From: a virus
Taxonomy: Duplodnaviria > Caudoviricetes
Virus record (IMG/VR): IMGVR_UViG_3300021431_000089
Coordinates: 47,103 to 111,102 of that record
Length of the DNA stretch: 64,000 nt
Direction: 5' to 3' (one strand)
The notes beneath the pieces are model-generated. The model saw nothing but the letters and a program-made list of their open reading frames with translations. It was not told the DNA's origin and did not search any database. Of the stretch, positions 19,495 through 30,900 are shown in pieces. Position 1 is the first letter of the stretch. The number at the start of each line of letters is the position of its first letter. Position numbers and translations under genes: made by a program.

Positions 19495-20554
19495 CTAACC
19501 TGACGGGTTCTCCGGTTTCAATCGGGCAATAGTATGTAATCGACGCCCCGCAGTTTGCGCAGTGGCATTCATGTATGATTCCAATACCGTCAAGCCCGTA
19601 GTCTTCGAAATCGAAATCAGCATCCCAGACCACCGAACGGCTCAAGCAGTTGAAGCACTCATACATCTTTTGGCTCCTCTCCTGTGAGCTCGTTCATAAC
19701 CTTGTCGTACATATCGAGGATGATTTTTGCGAATGTCTTACTCTTCGGGTTGATATTGATCGTCGGGTTTCTGCGCACATGTTTGTACCAAGAGATCCTG
19801 ACACCGTCACAGCTGAAGTTACACGGTAAGAAATCGTCCTCATCCCAGTTGTATGCATGTACTTCGAAGCACTTACCAATGTATTCGTTACCTGTGTTTG
19901 CGAACGCTGAGTCCCAGACCTTTTGGTTTTCGTTCCAGTATTTTCTGCTAATTTCGTTGTTGATGTCAGCGAGCAGGGCGACCACCCAACGCGGGCAGTC
20001 GTAGATCTGATTGTCGTTGCTGTTATTCCACAGCATGTTGCCTAATTCAAGTTCTGCCATTATAGACCCCCTATCTGAACTCTCTATCCGAAAAGCGATA
20101 GCCATCAACATTCCGGCAGTTTATGAACATTTCATCACTCTCTAAGCTCTGCTTCCTCTGGATGAAATCCTCAAAGTCGCGGAGGCTGAAAACCTCGTCA
20201 TATTCATCAATGATTACGTATTTCGGATCGTCAACAGTATATTTTTTCAACCACCCAATGACATCATCATATGATTTCCAAGTGATCGGTGGATCGTGCC
20301 ATGTTTCGTCATGCGATTGGAAGAGAAATCTCCAGCCTATGGATGACTTCCCGATGTGTATTGGGCTTTCACATGTTGGTCTTGTCCGTACTGCGTAATA
20401 ATTCGTTCCCATCTTTACGCTCCTTTAGCTTGAAGTTGTGACACTTCGCGTTGGCGATAAATCTGAAGATTGGTATATAGTCGTTGTATCTAGCACAGAA
20501 TGGTTCCTCACCAAGCAACCGATAATAGCGGCAATTGGTGCACATACTTTCCAT
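19463..20554 (-). other. Cluster of small hypothetical ORFs (19463-19666 Zn-finger-like, 19659-20060, 20071-20412, 20369-20554)
   Basis: Overlapping/coupled ORFs with RBSs. Confidence 0.55.
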
Positions 20555-20642
20555 CAGAACCCATCTCCATTTTTGATCTGGAAGAACTCATATATAATGA
20601 GCAGTGTCATTGCGGCGACCGCATAGTATACAGCCATCGGCA

Positions 20643-21104
20643 TCAGCGTTCACCAGTACTTCCGAAACCGTTTGCGCCACGCTCTGTATCGTCAAGTGAA
20701 TAGACCTCGCACGGCCTGATGTCCATATACGGCATCACGACAAGCTGTGCTATGCGGGTGTTCTCCTCGATGCTCACCATTTCATCTGTATCATTGTGCA
20801 GTGCGACAATAATTTCGCCGCGGTAGTCAGAATCAACAACACCTACGCAGTTTGCCGGGCGCAGTCCCTTCTTTAAGGCCAGGCCAGATCTTGCGAAGAT
20901 AGCTCCGAATGTTCCTTTCGGAAGAGCTATGGCAAGTCCGGTGCCAACAGGAACTGTTGAATGCGGTGCTATATCGCAAGCCGCAGTTGAGAACAAGTCC
21001 CAGCCCGCCGCTTCCGTGGAGCCCCTTCTTGGGCAGACGGCTTTGTCTGTGAGTCTTTTGTATTCGACTTTGAACGGCTTCGTCCATTTGAGTTGTGTGA
21101 ACAT
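20643..21104 (-). CDS. dut: Trimeric dUTPase
   Basis: AAGWDL, RSGLA, GVVDSDYRGEI, RIAQL, RGANGFGSTG. Confidence 0.95.
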   Translation of the reverse strand: MFTQLKWTKPFKVEYKRLTDKAVCPRRGSTEAAGWDLFSTAACDIAPHSTVPVGTGLAIALPKGTFGAIFARSGLALKKGLRPANCVGVVDSDYRGEIIVALHNDTDEMVSIEENTRIAQLVVMPYMDIRPCEVYSLDDTERGANGFGSTGER

Positions 21105-21328
21105 GTCTTCTCCTTTGTTTCTTTTTTACTTCTAGTACGCTTCTTTTTTGCGTCTGGATCGGTACGTGTAATCGTTGATGTGTCTTCTGTCTTTTTGAAC
21201 ACACATAGGTCGCTATCGGCGGTTACCACCCATGTTAGGAAGCAGGTTCCATTGATGTGATAGCCGCATGTTTTACATGTTGGTCTGCTGCCCATATCTG
21301 TCCTCTCATAACTTTTTTATAAAAGATT

Positions 21329-21468
21329 TGCAAGGCGGGGATTTTCACCCCGCATGATCCACATTACGTGCGCCAGAGTCTGAGGTCGTCCGAAGCGCTA
21401 TCACAGTCCGCTCCTAAAGCGATTGGATCTTACACATCATAAGCGTCTACATATTCCGCCACTTGCAC
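21329..21468 (-). ncRNA. tRNA-like ncRNA with Leu-type 5' end, T-like arm and a long insertion in place of the anticodon arm
   Basis: On - strand: TGCAAG-TGGCGGAATATGTAGACGC ... GCGGGG-TGAAAAT-CCCCGC-CTTGCA; the termini pair; internal GATCCA/TGGATC stem. Confidence 0.55.
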
Positions 21469-21480
21469 TAGAACCGCCGT

Positions 21481-21553
21481 ACCTGCCATGTAATTGGTTG
21501 CGGATCACGAACTAAATCTGATCCAGTTATCTACTAACAACCTGCATGGCAGG
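21481..21553. ncRNA. Long stem-loop element in non-coding region
   Basis: CCTGCCATG...CATGGCAGG outer stem and GGATCA...TGATCC inner stem. Confidence 0.4.
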
Positions 21554-21740
21554 CCAGCAGTCGAGGTGGGAATTCGTGGCCACGGAACTCCTAGCTCTAG
21601 CAGGAGCCAAACCCTTATAACCTCCCTGCCCGTAGGTTCCGACGTTTCCCTGATCGGCTTTATGATTGGAGACATCACCCGAGCACTTGCTTGCCCTTGG
21701 AAACGGTTTTGCCAGTCAACCAATGGATTTATCTTTTTCT

Positions 21741-22445
21741 TTAGATCTGATCAGCCCAGTCGCTGATCCAGCTTCTATGATTGATCGACAGCGTACAGAC
21801 TGCCGCCCGATCGTGTCCACGGAAGTGTTCAATGTATCTCTGAAAACCACTCTGTGAGATATCGTCCAGATCACATTGCCCGTCATGTCCGATCACGATG
21901 ACCTTCGCGTGTTTGCCGACACGGGTCAGCGTTTTCTGTAGCTGTGGCACGGTGTAGTTCTGTGCTTCGTCGATAATGATGACGGCATCATCCAGATTCG
22001 AACCCCTCAGGTAGGTATCTGTGATACATGTGATGTAGCCGCCACTCTTACTATCGCCCTCCGACAGCGAGGTGTCTCTCATGGCCGTATTGAGATTTAC
22101 GTGACACCTTACTAACGCTTGGTAGAACGCTTCGAAGTACACTGAGCTTTTTTCGGTAATAGTACCGGGCAACCAGCCCTGTTTCTTTTCGCCGTAGGGT
22201 GCCATGATGTAGATCAGGTCTTTATAAAAACCTGATTTTATTAACAGATTTGCAGCTCCTGTGGCTATGGTTGTCTTGCCCGTTCCAGCTTTTGCGTTTA
22301 CGAATACAATGTCGATGTCGGGGTTGATGATTGTGTCTGCGAGAATGATCTGCTCTTCATCCAGTTCCAAGCCGTAGAACGGTTCGTCTCTGAATGTGTG
22401 AGGGAGTTCGCTCCCCGAGCTTTTCTTTCTAGGCATTCTCTTCAA
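21741..22445 (-). CDS. phoH: PhoH-family ATPase
   Basis: AGTGKT, YLRG, IIDEAQN, LTRVG, GH..QCD. Confidence 0.9.
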   Translation of the reverse strand: MKRMPRKKSSGSELPHTFRDEPFYGLELDEEQIILADTIINPDIDIVFVNAKAGTGKTTIATGAANLLIKSGFYKDLIYIMAPYGEKKQGWLPGTITEKSSVYFEAFYQALVRCHVNLNTAMRDTSLSEGDSKSGGYITCITDTYLRGSNLDDAVIIIDEAQNYTVPQLQKTLTRVGKHAKVIVIGHDGQCDLDDISQSGFQRYIEHFRGHDRAAVCTLSINHRSWISDWADQI

Positions 22446-23089
22446 AGAACCTCATCGAGATCGCAGTCGACTCCAATCAGGTAATCAACGAACCCGAGTT
22501 CCTTTGCCTCATCTGCAAGCATGTACCATTCGACTCTCGACTTTTTGTCATACATCTCTTCTGTCATGTTGGTGTGGGCGATTACGATTTCCTTCAGTCT
22601 CGCATCAAGCTTTTTGAAGAAATCCATCTGATCCTGCACCTTATTGCCAGAGTTATAGACAAAGTTCGAACCGTCGTGCAGCAGAACAGAAGAGTTGGGT
22701 GTGGCATAACGCTTGTGTCCTGTGAGACCGATCATAAGTGCCATGCTGTACCAGTATCCGAGATTGATTGTGTATACCGGTGTTTTACTTGTCATAATGA
22801 CATCCATAAGCCCAAGGCCAGACTGAACGTCACCACCTTCTGATGTGATGTACAGGCGAATAGGTGTTCTTTCTTCGACCGGAATATCTTTATCATCTGC
22901 GTTGTACTGCAGGATCTTGTGTATAAGGTCTGTTGTGTTCAGCGTGTTAACCTCGCCTGTGAGATAAAGCTTTCTTTCCTCGAGATCCTTATATTCAAGG
23001 ATGTCCTCGAGACCAATATTCTGTAAGAGAGCCTCTATGTCGAGATCATCGTACACAATGTCAATGCCACGAAACCTTTTATTTGTCAT
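22442..23089 (-). CDS. clpP: ClpP-like protease
   Basis: PIRLYITSEGG, SM (catalytic Ser), LLH, A.EAKELGFVD. Confidence 0.85.
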   Translation of the reverse strand: MTNKRFRGIDIVYDDLDIEALLQNIGLEDILEYKDLEERKLYLTGEVNTLNTTDLIHKILQYNADDKDIPVEERTPIRLYITSEGGDVQSGLGLMDVIMTSKTPVYTINLGYWYSMALMIGLTGHKRYATPNSSVLLHDGSNFVYNSGNKVQDQMDFFKKLDARLKEIVIAHTNMTEEMYDKKSRVEWYMLADEAKELGFVDYLIGVDCDLDEVL

Positions 23090-23631
23090 TCCTTTGTAAT
23101 CCTCCGTAAGAATTCTATTGTTGATTCCCGAAGATCTTTCAATGTGCCAGCATTTTCGATCTTGAAGTCGGGGATGTGGTAACCAGGATAATCGAGAGCT
23201 GTTTCTGACGGATGCTGTCTCTGCTCTGCCGTAAGTGGAGATTCAAAATTAGTACGCTCTACCCTGACGTGCCAACAATTGTCGGTCAAGCTTCTCGGCC
23301 TCCACACTTCATTTGGAAACCGTGTATCGGGTACGATAACGTAGTCCCATTCGTTCCAAAACATTGCGATCAGGCTCGTCAGTCGGTCGACCCAGAAGTC
23401 TGGATCTTGTTTGCGCACGACATCTGTGCCTATGTATTGCAGGATGTGCCGCCCTGCGTCATCCTTGTTACCATCCCATCCGAAGTATTGCTTACAGATG
23501 AATTTGAGTTCGTCAGCATAGTGCATTATCTGCACCTTACATCCTCGTGCCTCGAGGTATTCACGCATGAAGTTTGCACATGTGTCCTTGCCGTTCTGTG
23601 CATGTCCGGAAATGAGAATGATTCCTTTCAC
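23086..23631 (-). CDS. Deoxynucleoside monophosphate kinase
   Basis: SGHAQNGKDT, R..LQ..GT...R, DTRFPNE, H.SET. Confidence 0.85.
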   Translation of the reverse strand: MKGIILISGHAQNGKDTCANFMREYLEARGCKVQIMHYADELKFICKQYFGWDGNKDDAGRHILQYIGTDVVRKQDPDFWVDRLTSLIAMFWNEWDYVIVPDTRFPNEVWRPRSLTDNCWHVRVERTNFESPLTAEQRQHPSETALDYPGYHIPDFKIENAGTLKDLRESTIEFLRRITKE

Positions 23632-23633
23632 AA

Positions 23634-24263
23634 TTACACCTCGCCGTGTTCACATGTGATCAAATACCCGTATGGGAGAGTGGCGATCCATTTACAGAAT
23701 TCTCTCCACTCTGGGAGACGGTGGTTCAGACGCTGTTTATAAATGGTTTTGAGCTGTCTGTAGTTCGTGGTCATGCCAGCTGTAAGCATGAATCCGGCTG
23801 GATTACTGTATAGAATTTCCAGATATTTATGCGTTCTGATCTCCGGGTCTTCCGTGAGGTTGTACTCGTTGATTTTTTCCCGCATGATTGCGATGATGCG
23901 CGGGTCTACATATTCGTTGTAGGTCGTGTTGATGTCAAACTTTGCAATTCGATGCATCGTGCTCTGCGAACTTACGAAGTCGAGGAAGTGATAACGCTCG
24001 GCTTCAACCCACACCTTATTGCTGAATGTGAGATCGAACTGGACAATGACGCCTGTCAGCCACTGGTCGTGACCGCTTCCGGGTTCCGACTGGGCGATCG
24101 CCTCAATGCCCTTGGTGAGCTCCGTGTTTACCGCATCTGTGTCAACATTCATTGGAAATTTGGCTCTGCGTATGCTATTGCGCAGGCCATACACTTTTGC
24201 GTTTGACACACAGCTGCATCCCTGAACGTCGATCTCGTCTGTCGAGTATGTCTGATCTGCCAT
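23634..24263 (-). CDS. ThyX-like (flavin-dependent thymidylate synthase-related) protein
   Basis: GH, ERYHF...SSQST, NYRQL...Y.QR..HRLPEWREFC motifs of the phage ThyX-like family; start at MADQ after an AGGAGG RBS. Confidence 0.6.
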   Translation of the reverse strand: MADQTYSTDEIDVQGCSCVSNAKVYGLRNSIRRAKFPMNVDTDAVNTELTKGIEAIAQSEPGSGHDQWLTGVIVQFDLTFSNKVWVEAERYHFLDFVSSQSTMHRIAKFDINTTYNEYVDPRIIAIMREKINEYNLTEDPEIRTHKYLEILYSNPAGFMLTAGMTTNYRQLKTIYKQRLNHRLPEWREFCKWIATLPYGYLITCEHGEV

Positions 24264-24270
24264 AATCCTC

Positions 24271-24660
24271 CTATCTATGCCGTTTGTGCGTGTTGCACGG
24301 AAGGTTCTCGGGAGTGTATCTGAAGACACATACTGGGTAATACCCGGAGATATCTTCCGTTCCAATCACGAGAACCTCTTTCCCATTCGTCGTTTCTACA
24401 AGCCTCATCATCCGATGATTTTCGTCGGCATCGAATGAAATGAGGACTTCTGTGTCGGGAATATTGGCAGGAATTTTCTTAGGAGCGTATTCGACACCCT
24501 CAACCCACGACCGATAGCCGTCGGATGGGTTCTCTGTAGCTCGATAGGTTTTCCCGTCCAGAATGAAGTCGACGCACTCGGCATCATTCATGGTGTAGTC
24601 CATACTGACGCCGGAGAGGATGTGCTTACCGCACAACTTCTTAGGTTTAATCTTGTTCAT
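24271..24660 (-). CDS. Hypothetical phage protein
   Basis: GGAGG RBS; F.LDG.TY.A.E.P.DGYRS motif. Confidence 0.6.
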   Translation of the reverse strand: MNKIKPKKLCGKHILSGVSMDYTMNDAECVDFILDGKTYRATENPSDGYRSWVEGVEYAPKKIPANIPDTEVLISFDADENHRMMRLVETTNGKEVLVIGTEDISGYYPVCVFRYTPENLPCNTHKRHR

Positions 24661-24671
24661 AAGCCTCCGTC

Positions 24672-24691
24672 ATTCACATTTTCATTAGTTG
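24672..24691 (-). promoter_or_regulatory. Repeated intergenic motif CAAYYAATGAAAAYGTGAA (copy 1)
   Basis: 17/20 identical to 37812-37831; related to repeats at 57293-57376. Confidence 0.45.
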
Positions 24692-24793
24692 AAAACGTAT
24701 TTTTTGTCGCCCATCGGCGACGCCCAATTATCTTAACTGGTATGCTTATATTATATACGATTCCAATGAATATGTGAACATATTTCGGCTCAT

Positions 24794-27700
24794 TTAGATC
24801 ATCTTTTCGTACCGTTCCAGCGTGAAGTATATGCCGTCTCTGTTGTATGACTTACATACAATGATATCGCCCTCTTTAACCGGCTCCTGTTTATAAACTC
24901 TATCCCAACAAGTGAACCGGCTCTCCTTGCCGCTGCCGATTGATTTGGTAAATAGCGATCTACCTATAATTTTCCCTGTTTTACGGCTTCTAATAGGCCT
25001 AACCTCGGTGATGTAAAGTTTTCTACGATCTTCTTCACTGCCAGTAACGTAGCCCATATACCCCATTGCCTCGACATAATTCTTCACCTTTACCGGTTCG
25101 CTCATGTCTTCAAGGTTCTGGTTTTTAATGATACATTCGCACTCGTTCATTGCTGATTGTACATCAAGCAAGGTATAACTCTTTGCCTCACCGCCCGATT
25201 TTGTCACCCCAACAGCGTATCGGCGGATCGCTTCCTCATACAGCGTACCATCGACCTGACTTCGCTTAATCTGTTTCGCATCTCCGTCTTTAAACATGTT
25301 ACGGAAAATGGATGTGATGTAAGCGAGTTCTCTTTGATTGCCAAAATCCCTGAAGAAATCAATTCCGATCAGGATATCAACCTGTTTCGCATTAACATTT
25401 GTTTCGTGTCGAATGTCGTACAGCACCTGCATGAAGCGAGTATATTGTTTACCGGTGTGTGCCAGGTTATAGAGTGCGTTAGCAACGTTCTTATTCATGA
25501 ATTTGATTGATGTAACGCCCTTAGCGATAATTTTTCTTTGCCAGTCACACACGTAGTCGTTCTTGGAAATGCCCCATCTCGGGGTCGACACCTCAATTCC
25601 AACCTTTTTGCCGTACGCAATAATCTTTCCGGTCTTTTCAAGGTCATCTCCAAAGGCGTTTAACGACGCTGTAAGGAATTCGAGGGGATGATAGTACCTT
25701 AAATACCCGCAAATATAGCCAATCATTGAGTATGCATCGGAATGATTCCAAGAAAACCCGTATTCTGACGCATCGAGGATAATTTGAATGAACGGCTTGA
25801 TGATGGAATTGCACCTTTCGACAGACATATCGTATTTTTCGGTGCAAAATTCGATAAATCTGCGCTCAATTTCTGGTAACAGGGTCTCCGTCCCCTTCTT
25901 TTTTGCAATCGCACGGCGAACGGTATCCGATTCAGCCGCTGAGTAACCGCAAAATTTGACAAGAAACTGCATAATTGTCTCCTGCATGGCGATTCTGCCC
26001 GCTTCTGGAGCTAAAAATTCATTCAATGCATCGAAACCGTTGTCATAAAACTGCCCGGCGGCCACGCTGTCGCGGAAACTGGCACACGCAGGCCGTAAAA
26101 GCCCGTTGCCAAACGACATCCACTTCAACATGGAGAAGTTTGGGATCTTCGATCTGGCTATGGACAGTGTTTTATCGGACATAAACTTGCGAATGAACTG
26201 CTGAGCGCTGTTTGATTCCCATTGGAAGATCATTGTGGTGTCATCGCGGATACTTTTCCACACATTTTCGTCTTCAAGGTCGACAGTGTCCGGTGTTAAT
26301 GGCTCTATACCAAGTAATTTGCATGTGTCATTGATGATTTTGACATTGTCCAAACCCAAGCAATCGAGTTTTACCATCATCAGTGAGTCAAGTTCTTTCA
26401 TATTGAGCATTGATACAGGATAATCTGTCGTTGCCAGCGAACAAAGGCCAATTTCTGCCTCGATATCTCTGTCACTGACGAGTACGCCGCTCGGGTGTGT
26501 TCCAACCGATACGATTGTACCGATTACGATGTCAACATATCGGAAAACAGGCTTATATTTCTCTCTGGCGGCGTCAATATCGGTCTCTGCAAGCTCGGCT
26601 ATCTCATCTGCCTTGGCCATGTAACCAGATGGGCCGACATCTGTGGCCATCAGGGCTCTACAAACATCTCTAATCGCCCCTCGGAGCTTAATTGTGTTGA
26701 ATGTAATAATTTCAGCCGTCTGAATCTGCGGCAAATCCATCTTATCTCTCAATAAGAACTGTTTAACACGGTCTCTGTCCTCGCCGCCGTAGTCTGTATC
26801 AATATCAGCGAGTGAAACACGGTCGGGATTGGAGAATCTGAAGAAATTTAGGTTAAATTTGAGGCTATCCATCTGCGTAATGCCTAACAGGTAAGCCACC
26901 ATGCTGCCAGACACCGATCCACGGCCCGGCCCGCAGTTAATTCCGTTCTTTTTCTCCCATTCCCGCAGGTAAGTCTGCAAAAGCATGAAGTCAATGGACT
27001 TTGTCTTCTCGAAAACGCTGATTTCCTGCTCGACGGCGGCCGTCAGCTCCTCTCTGGTATGATTTTTAAGTGCAAACGGGTGAGTGTCGATCGCGTCGTA
27101 CACTTTTTTCCTGAAAGTCTGCACAGGATGCTCGTAAATGTGCGGATACTTCGGTGAACGGTCAATTTCGAACGGCTCCACCATGTCAGCGAGCACATTT
27201 GTGTTCTCAATCGCCTTCAGATAGACCTTTTCCGGCAACGTACCCTGCATCTGATATGCTTCAACCAGTTGGTCGTATGTTTTAAACCTCAAGTCCCAGT
27301 TATCTTCACCATCGAAGTGAATTTTCTTACTCCTCTGGAGAATTTTACGTCCTTCGACATGCGCATTGTTCAGAGCGTGCGTATCCGTGCCTGCTATCAG
27401 TGGAATTCCCGTTTGACCGCTCAACAAAACGAGCTTTTCATTGTACGCTTTCTGTTTGTCGTCGATGTGGTGCCCTATTTCCAAAAATGTACGGTGTTTG
27501 TTCTCGGTCATGAATCTCATGAACCGCTCAACCACGAATGGATTGTCAGCGCCTTTGCCAAGTACTCCGCCAACGCATGCGGAAGTGACAATAATGTTGT
27601 CAGATGTTGCAAACAGCTCATCAAAGCTGATTCTTGGGGCGTAATAGAAATGATTGTCCCGCCTGTTAAAGCTTCTGGAAATTAAACGGTTTAGTTCAAG

Positions 27701-27997
27701 AACTCCATCATAATTCTTTGCGATCAGCACGCAATGGTAGTTGTCACGCACCTTGCAGTCGAGCGATGCTGTGAGATATGCTTCAACAGCATGCACATAC
27801 TTCATCCCGGCCGCTTCGATTGTTTCTTTTTTATGTAACCACTCCATTACAGACCCGTGTTCTGAAAACCCGAACGTCTTCATGCCACACTGCTGTGCGG
27901 CTTTTACATAATCTTCGAATTTTGTAACACTATCTATGTTCGTGACAGCATTACTCAGATCCGAATGGATATGATAGCAGAAGTAGTTATCAGTCAT
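24794..27997 (-). CDS. dnaE: DNA polymerase III alpha subunit
   Basis: PHP domain (HIHSDLS, SEHG, DTH); GPGRGSVSGS; DIDTD; HPSGV; KLDCLGL; YGFSWNHS.AY. Confidence 0.95.
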   Translation of the reverse strand: MTDNYFCYHIHSDLSNAVTNIDSVTKFEDYVKAAQQCGMKTFGFSEHGSVMEWLHKKETIEAAGMKYVHAVEAYLTASLDCKVRDNYHCVLIAKNYDGVLELNRLISRSFNRRDNHFYYAPRISFDELFATSDNIIVTSACVGGVLGKGADNPFVVERFMRFMTENKHRTFLEIGHHIDDKQKAYNEKLVLLSGQTGIPLIAGTDTHALNNAHVEGRKILQRSKKIHFDGEDNWDLRFKTYDQLVEAYQMQGTLPEKVYLKAIENTNVLADMVEPFEIDRSPKYPHIYEHPVQTFRKKVYDAIDTHPFALKNHTREELTAAVEQEISVFEKTKSIDFMLLQTYLREWEKKNGINCGPGRGSVSGSMVAYLLGITQMDSLKFNLNFFRFSNPDRVSLADIDTDYGGEDRDRVKQFLLRDKMDLPQIQTAEIITFNTIKLRGAIRDVCRALMATDVGPSGYMAKADEIAELAETDIDAAREKYKPVFRYVDIVIGTIVSVGTHPSGVLVSDRDIEAEIGLCSLATTDYPVSMLNMKELDSLMMVKLDCLGLDNVKIINDTCKLLGIEPLTPDTVDLEDENVWKSIRDDTTMIFQWESNSAQQFIRKFMSDKTLSIARSKIPNFSMLKWMSFGNGLLRPACASFRDSVAAGQFYDNGFDALNEFLAPEAGRIAMQETIMQFLVKFCGYSAAESDTVRRAIAKKKGTETLLPEIERRFIEFCTEKYDMSVERCNSIIKPFIQIILDASEYGFSWNHSDAYSMIGYICGYLRYYHPLEFLTASLNAFGDDLEKTGKIIAYGKKVGIEVSTPRWGISKNDYVCDWQRKIIAKGVTSIKFMNKNVANALYNLAHTGKQYTRFMQVLYDIRHETNVNAKQVDILIGIDFFRDFGNQRELAYITSIFRNMFKDGDAKQIKRSQVDGTLYEEAIRRYAVGVTKSGGEAKSYTLLDVQSAMNECECIIKNQNLEDMSEPVKVKNYVEAMGYMGYVTGSEEDRRKLYITEVRPIRSRKTGKIIGRSLFTKSIGSGKESRFTCWDRVYKQEPVKEGDIIVCKSYNRDGIYFTLERYEKMI

Positions 27998-30900
27998 CGC
28001 AAATCTTTATCGAGCTTTCTTACCTCGGAGATATGATCCCATACATAGTCAGCAAAGATATCGAAGTTCAGCGATAACTGATCGAAAACGTCGATCTTGA
28101 TGGATTCTTTATCGAACGCTTCCTGATTGGCAATCCACGGGCCAATGATGACCTCCCATTCAGCCTTAGACCAGTAGCAATACATCATCCAGCTTCTGAG
28201 CTCTTTTACGAATTCTTCTTTTGTAATTGAATGCCGCTTGCCATCTGTTCCCTTTTTTCGTTGCCTGGCAATTTTGGCTAACTGCTTGCATAATGTGCCA
28301 TGATTGAAGACGTTGTACGTCGTGATACGCCTGCCATTAAAATCATGGTAATAAACGTTCCATTCAAGCTTTGATTCTCTATCAGCCATGGAATCCCTCC
28401 TATTCTATTTGTTCTGGATTGAATAATTCTGTTAATTTACATGCCGGACGTAGCTCGGTGCTGTCATCGTCGTTGCCATTCGGAACTATATACAGCATCC
28501 CGGGACGCATGTTCTCAGCCACATCCGTACTTGTGCCACCCAGCTCCACGGCTCTGTATAACGTGCCGCCATCAAGCCAAAATACACAAGATTCGCTGTT
28601 AATGTCTAAATCGATCATCTGAGCTTATCCCCTTTGAAAATAATTCTTCGAGTGTAATTGATGACTCCAGCGACTCCACAACCACACATACACCGTTATT
28701 ACACCCGTGGCGTTCGTAGACCATTGCCCACATTGCTTCTTGAAGTGCTGACTCATATGCGTCGTTAAAGTAACGCATATAGTCGATCTCGTCGTCTCTC
28801 ATTCGAGTGATGAACGGCTCGCTATCAGGAGACCAAGGGCGCGATTCGGTCGGCGTGCGCGGGTGTATTGGCTGTGGGCAAGGAGCCCAGTCTGGCTGAT
28901 TAAACGCAGCTATGTGCGGGTGTGTGTCGAATCCTGCGGTTGAGACCCATATTTGATTTCGCCATCTTTCGATATTACCTCGCTCCATCTGCACCACCCT
29001 CAAACAGCTCGGTCAATGACATTTGTGACTGATAACCCTCATTTAAATCTTTTAAAATGACTCTGATATCATCAACAATGTGACATACGTCCGACGCACG
29101 AACATCAATATTGAATCGAACACAGACACCAGACTCCAAGTAGTACTCCTCCCCGTGGCCACCGTACTCGATATCCTGTTTAAATCTTGGACATGCAATA
29201 CACCGATGGCTTCCAAGAAATGTATCATGTAGTTTACTCTCTGCCTCTGTCATCATCCACCTCCTTAAGAATCTCACGGGCCAATTCGGCTATGTCCCAA
29301 AGAAGATCGCTGATTATCAGAAGGAAGAGAGCAATCCCATATTCGGCCTGGCCGACCATGAACGCAAATGCGGCAAAGAATATGCAGACAATCCTAAACC
29401 ATTTCATTATGCACATCTCCTGAATCATCCAAGCTTTCACAAAGCATTCTAATCGCCTCGTCCCTCAAAGCCCCTTCAAAGACCTTCATGTCGTCATGCT
29501 CCATAACATATCTCATGAGTCTGCCATATACTTTACGGCGTTCCCCAGATTTATATGTATCAATGAGGGCTTCGAAATTGTCGTCGACATCAGCGAGAGG
29601 GCACCAGCTTGGACGCTGGAGCTTCTCGTCTTTGTCATGTACTTCCAATCCTGTGAATTTCCGGTTGTCTTTTGCAAGGCACTCTCCCCACGGTTCCCAC
29701 TCGTCCATGAGATCTGAGAGCGGGCAGACCCCGCAATCACTCGGAAGTTCCATATCTTTAATCAGTATCGCCATATGTATCTGTCACCGCAGTCCGTTTC
29801 TCTCAAGCTCCACCTCTGCATCGTCGAGGCAAACAGCCAAGTACTCAATGCATTCCATGGCTTTGAAGAGGGTATTCTTACTGCCCTCATTCCGTGCACG
29901 TTTAAGCATAGTGTTCAGATCCTCAATGATACCCGCACATTTATCAAAATTTTCACCAAGCATTTTCGTTCCTCCTCCACTCCTCGATGATTCTTTGTAC
30001 TAATTCATTATCTTTGTACGTCTCTGTCAGCCACTGAATCGGGATGGCGTCAACATATGGTTGTTCTGGATCAATATTCCAGTTTTGGTACTCGCCGTAC
30101 TCGCCGATGTAGCAGTGATTATCGTCTTCCAAATCAACGAGCCGCATCATTCTTCCCCTCGAACCTATAGCAGTAACCCGTGCGAGGAGTGTTGGAGAAC
30201 CACACCGTGCAAGTGTTTGTCATATTCGAATGATACTTGCAATCCATGCACTGCCTTGCCTTTACGTATAACGTCGTGCCAACGAACACACTGTTTTCGC
30301 CAACCACGATCTCTGTTCTTGCTGAATCAAGGAAGTCTCTGACTGCCTGCTTACTAATGTAATTCATCTTCTTTACCCCTCATCTTGTATTCAACATATT
30401 TAGAAAGCACATTTGAGGCGTCCTTTAAGCCGTCAAAGTAGCCGTCGTTATAATGCTTCTTGTGCCCGAAAATTTCATATGCCGCGACCGTTAATATGGT
30501 GCCGACAATCAGACCGCCAAGGTAGTCAATCATCGCCCTTACCTTCGCTAGACACGACATCAATTAATCCGTGCTCAAGCATTTCTTTTGCCGGGAAGAA
30601 GCTGATGTTGTATGCATATGGCGTCACACTTGCGGGCTCTGTCTGAATAACCGTATAGGTGACATCATTTCCGAGATGTGCATAGAAGAGCTTAAATTCG
30701 TCCGCGCCAGTCTGAATCGTCACATTCAAATCCCCATCAGAATCGACATCGACCGAGATATACCCTTCGACTGCAAACAGCGTTTCGTTGAGTCTTGTGT
30801 TAATGGCGACGACACGTCTGTAGATATTGAAGTTGTTGGCTTCTCTTCTTATGTTGTAGTTAACCCGGTCGGACTTTTCACAGCCCGCCATCGTCAGCAG

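Noticed and set aside
21494-21766. ORFs on both strands across the ncRNA-like region
   Set aside because: No RBS or recognisable motifs; the region is better explained by RNA structure.
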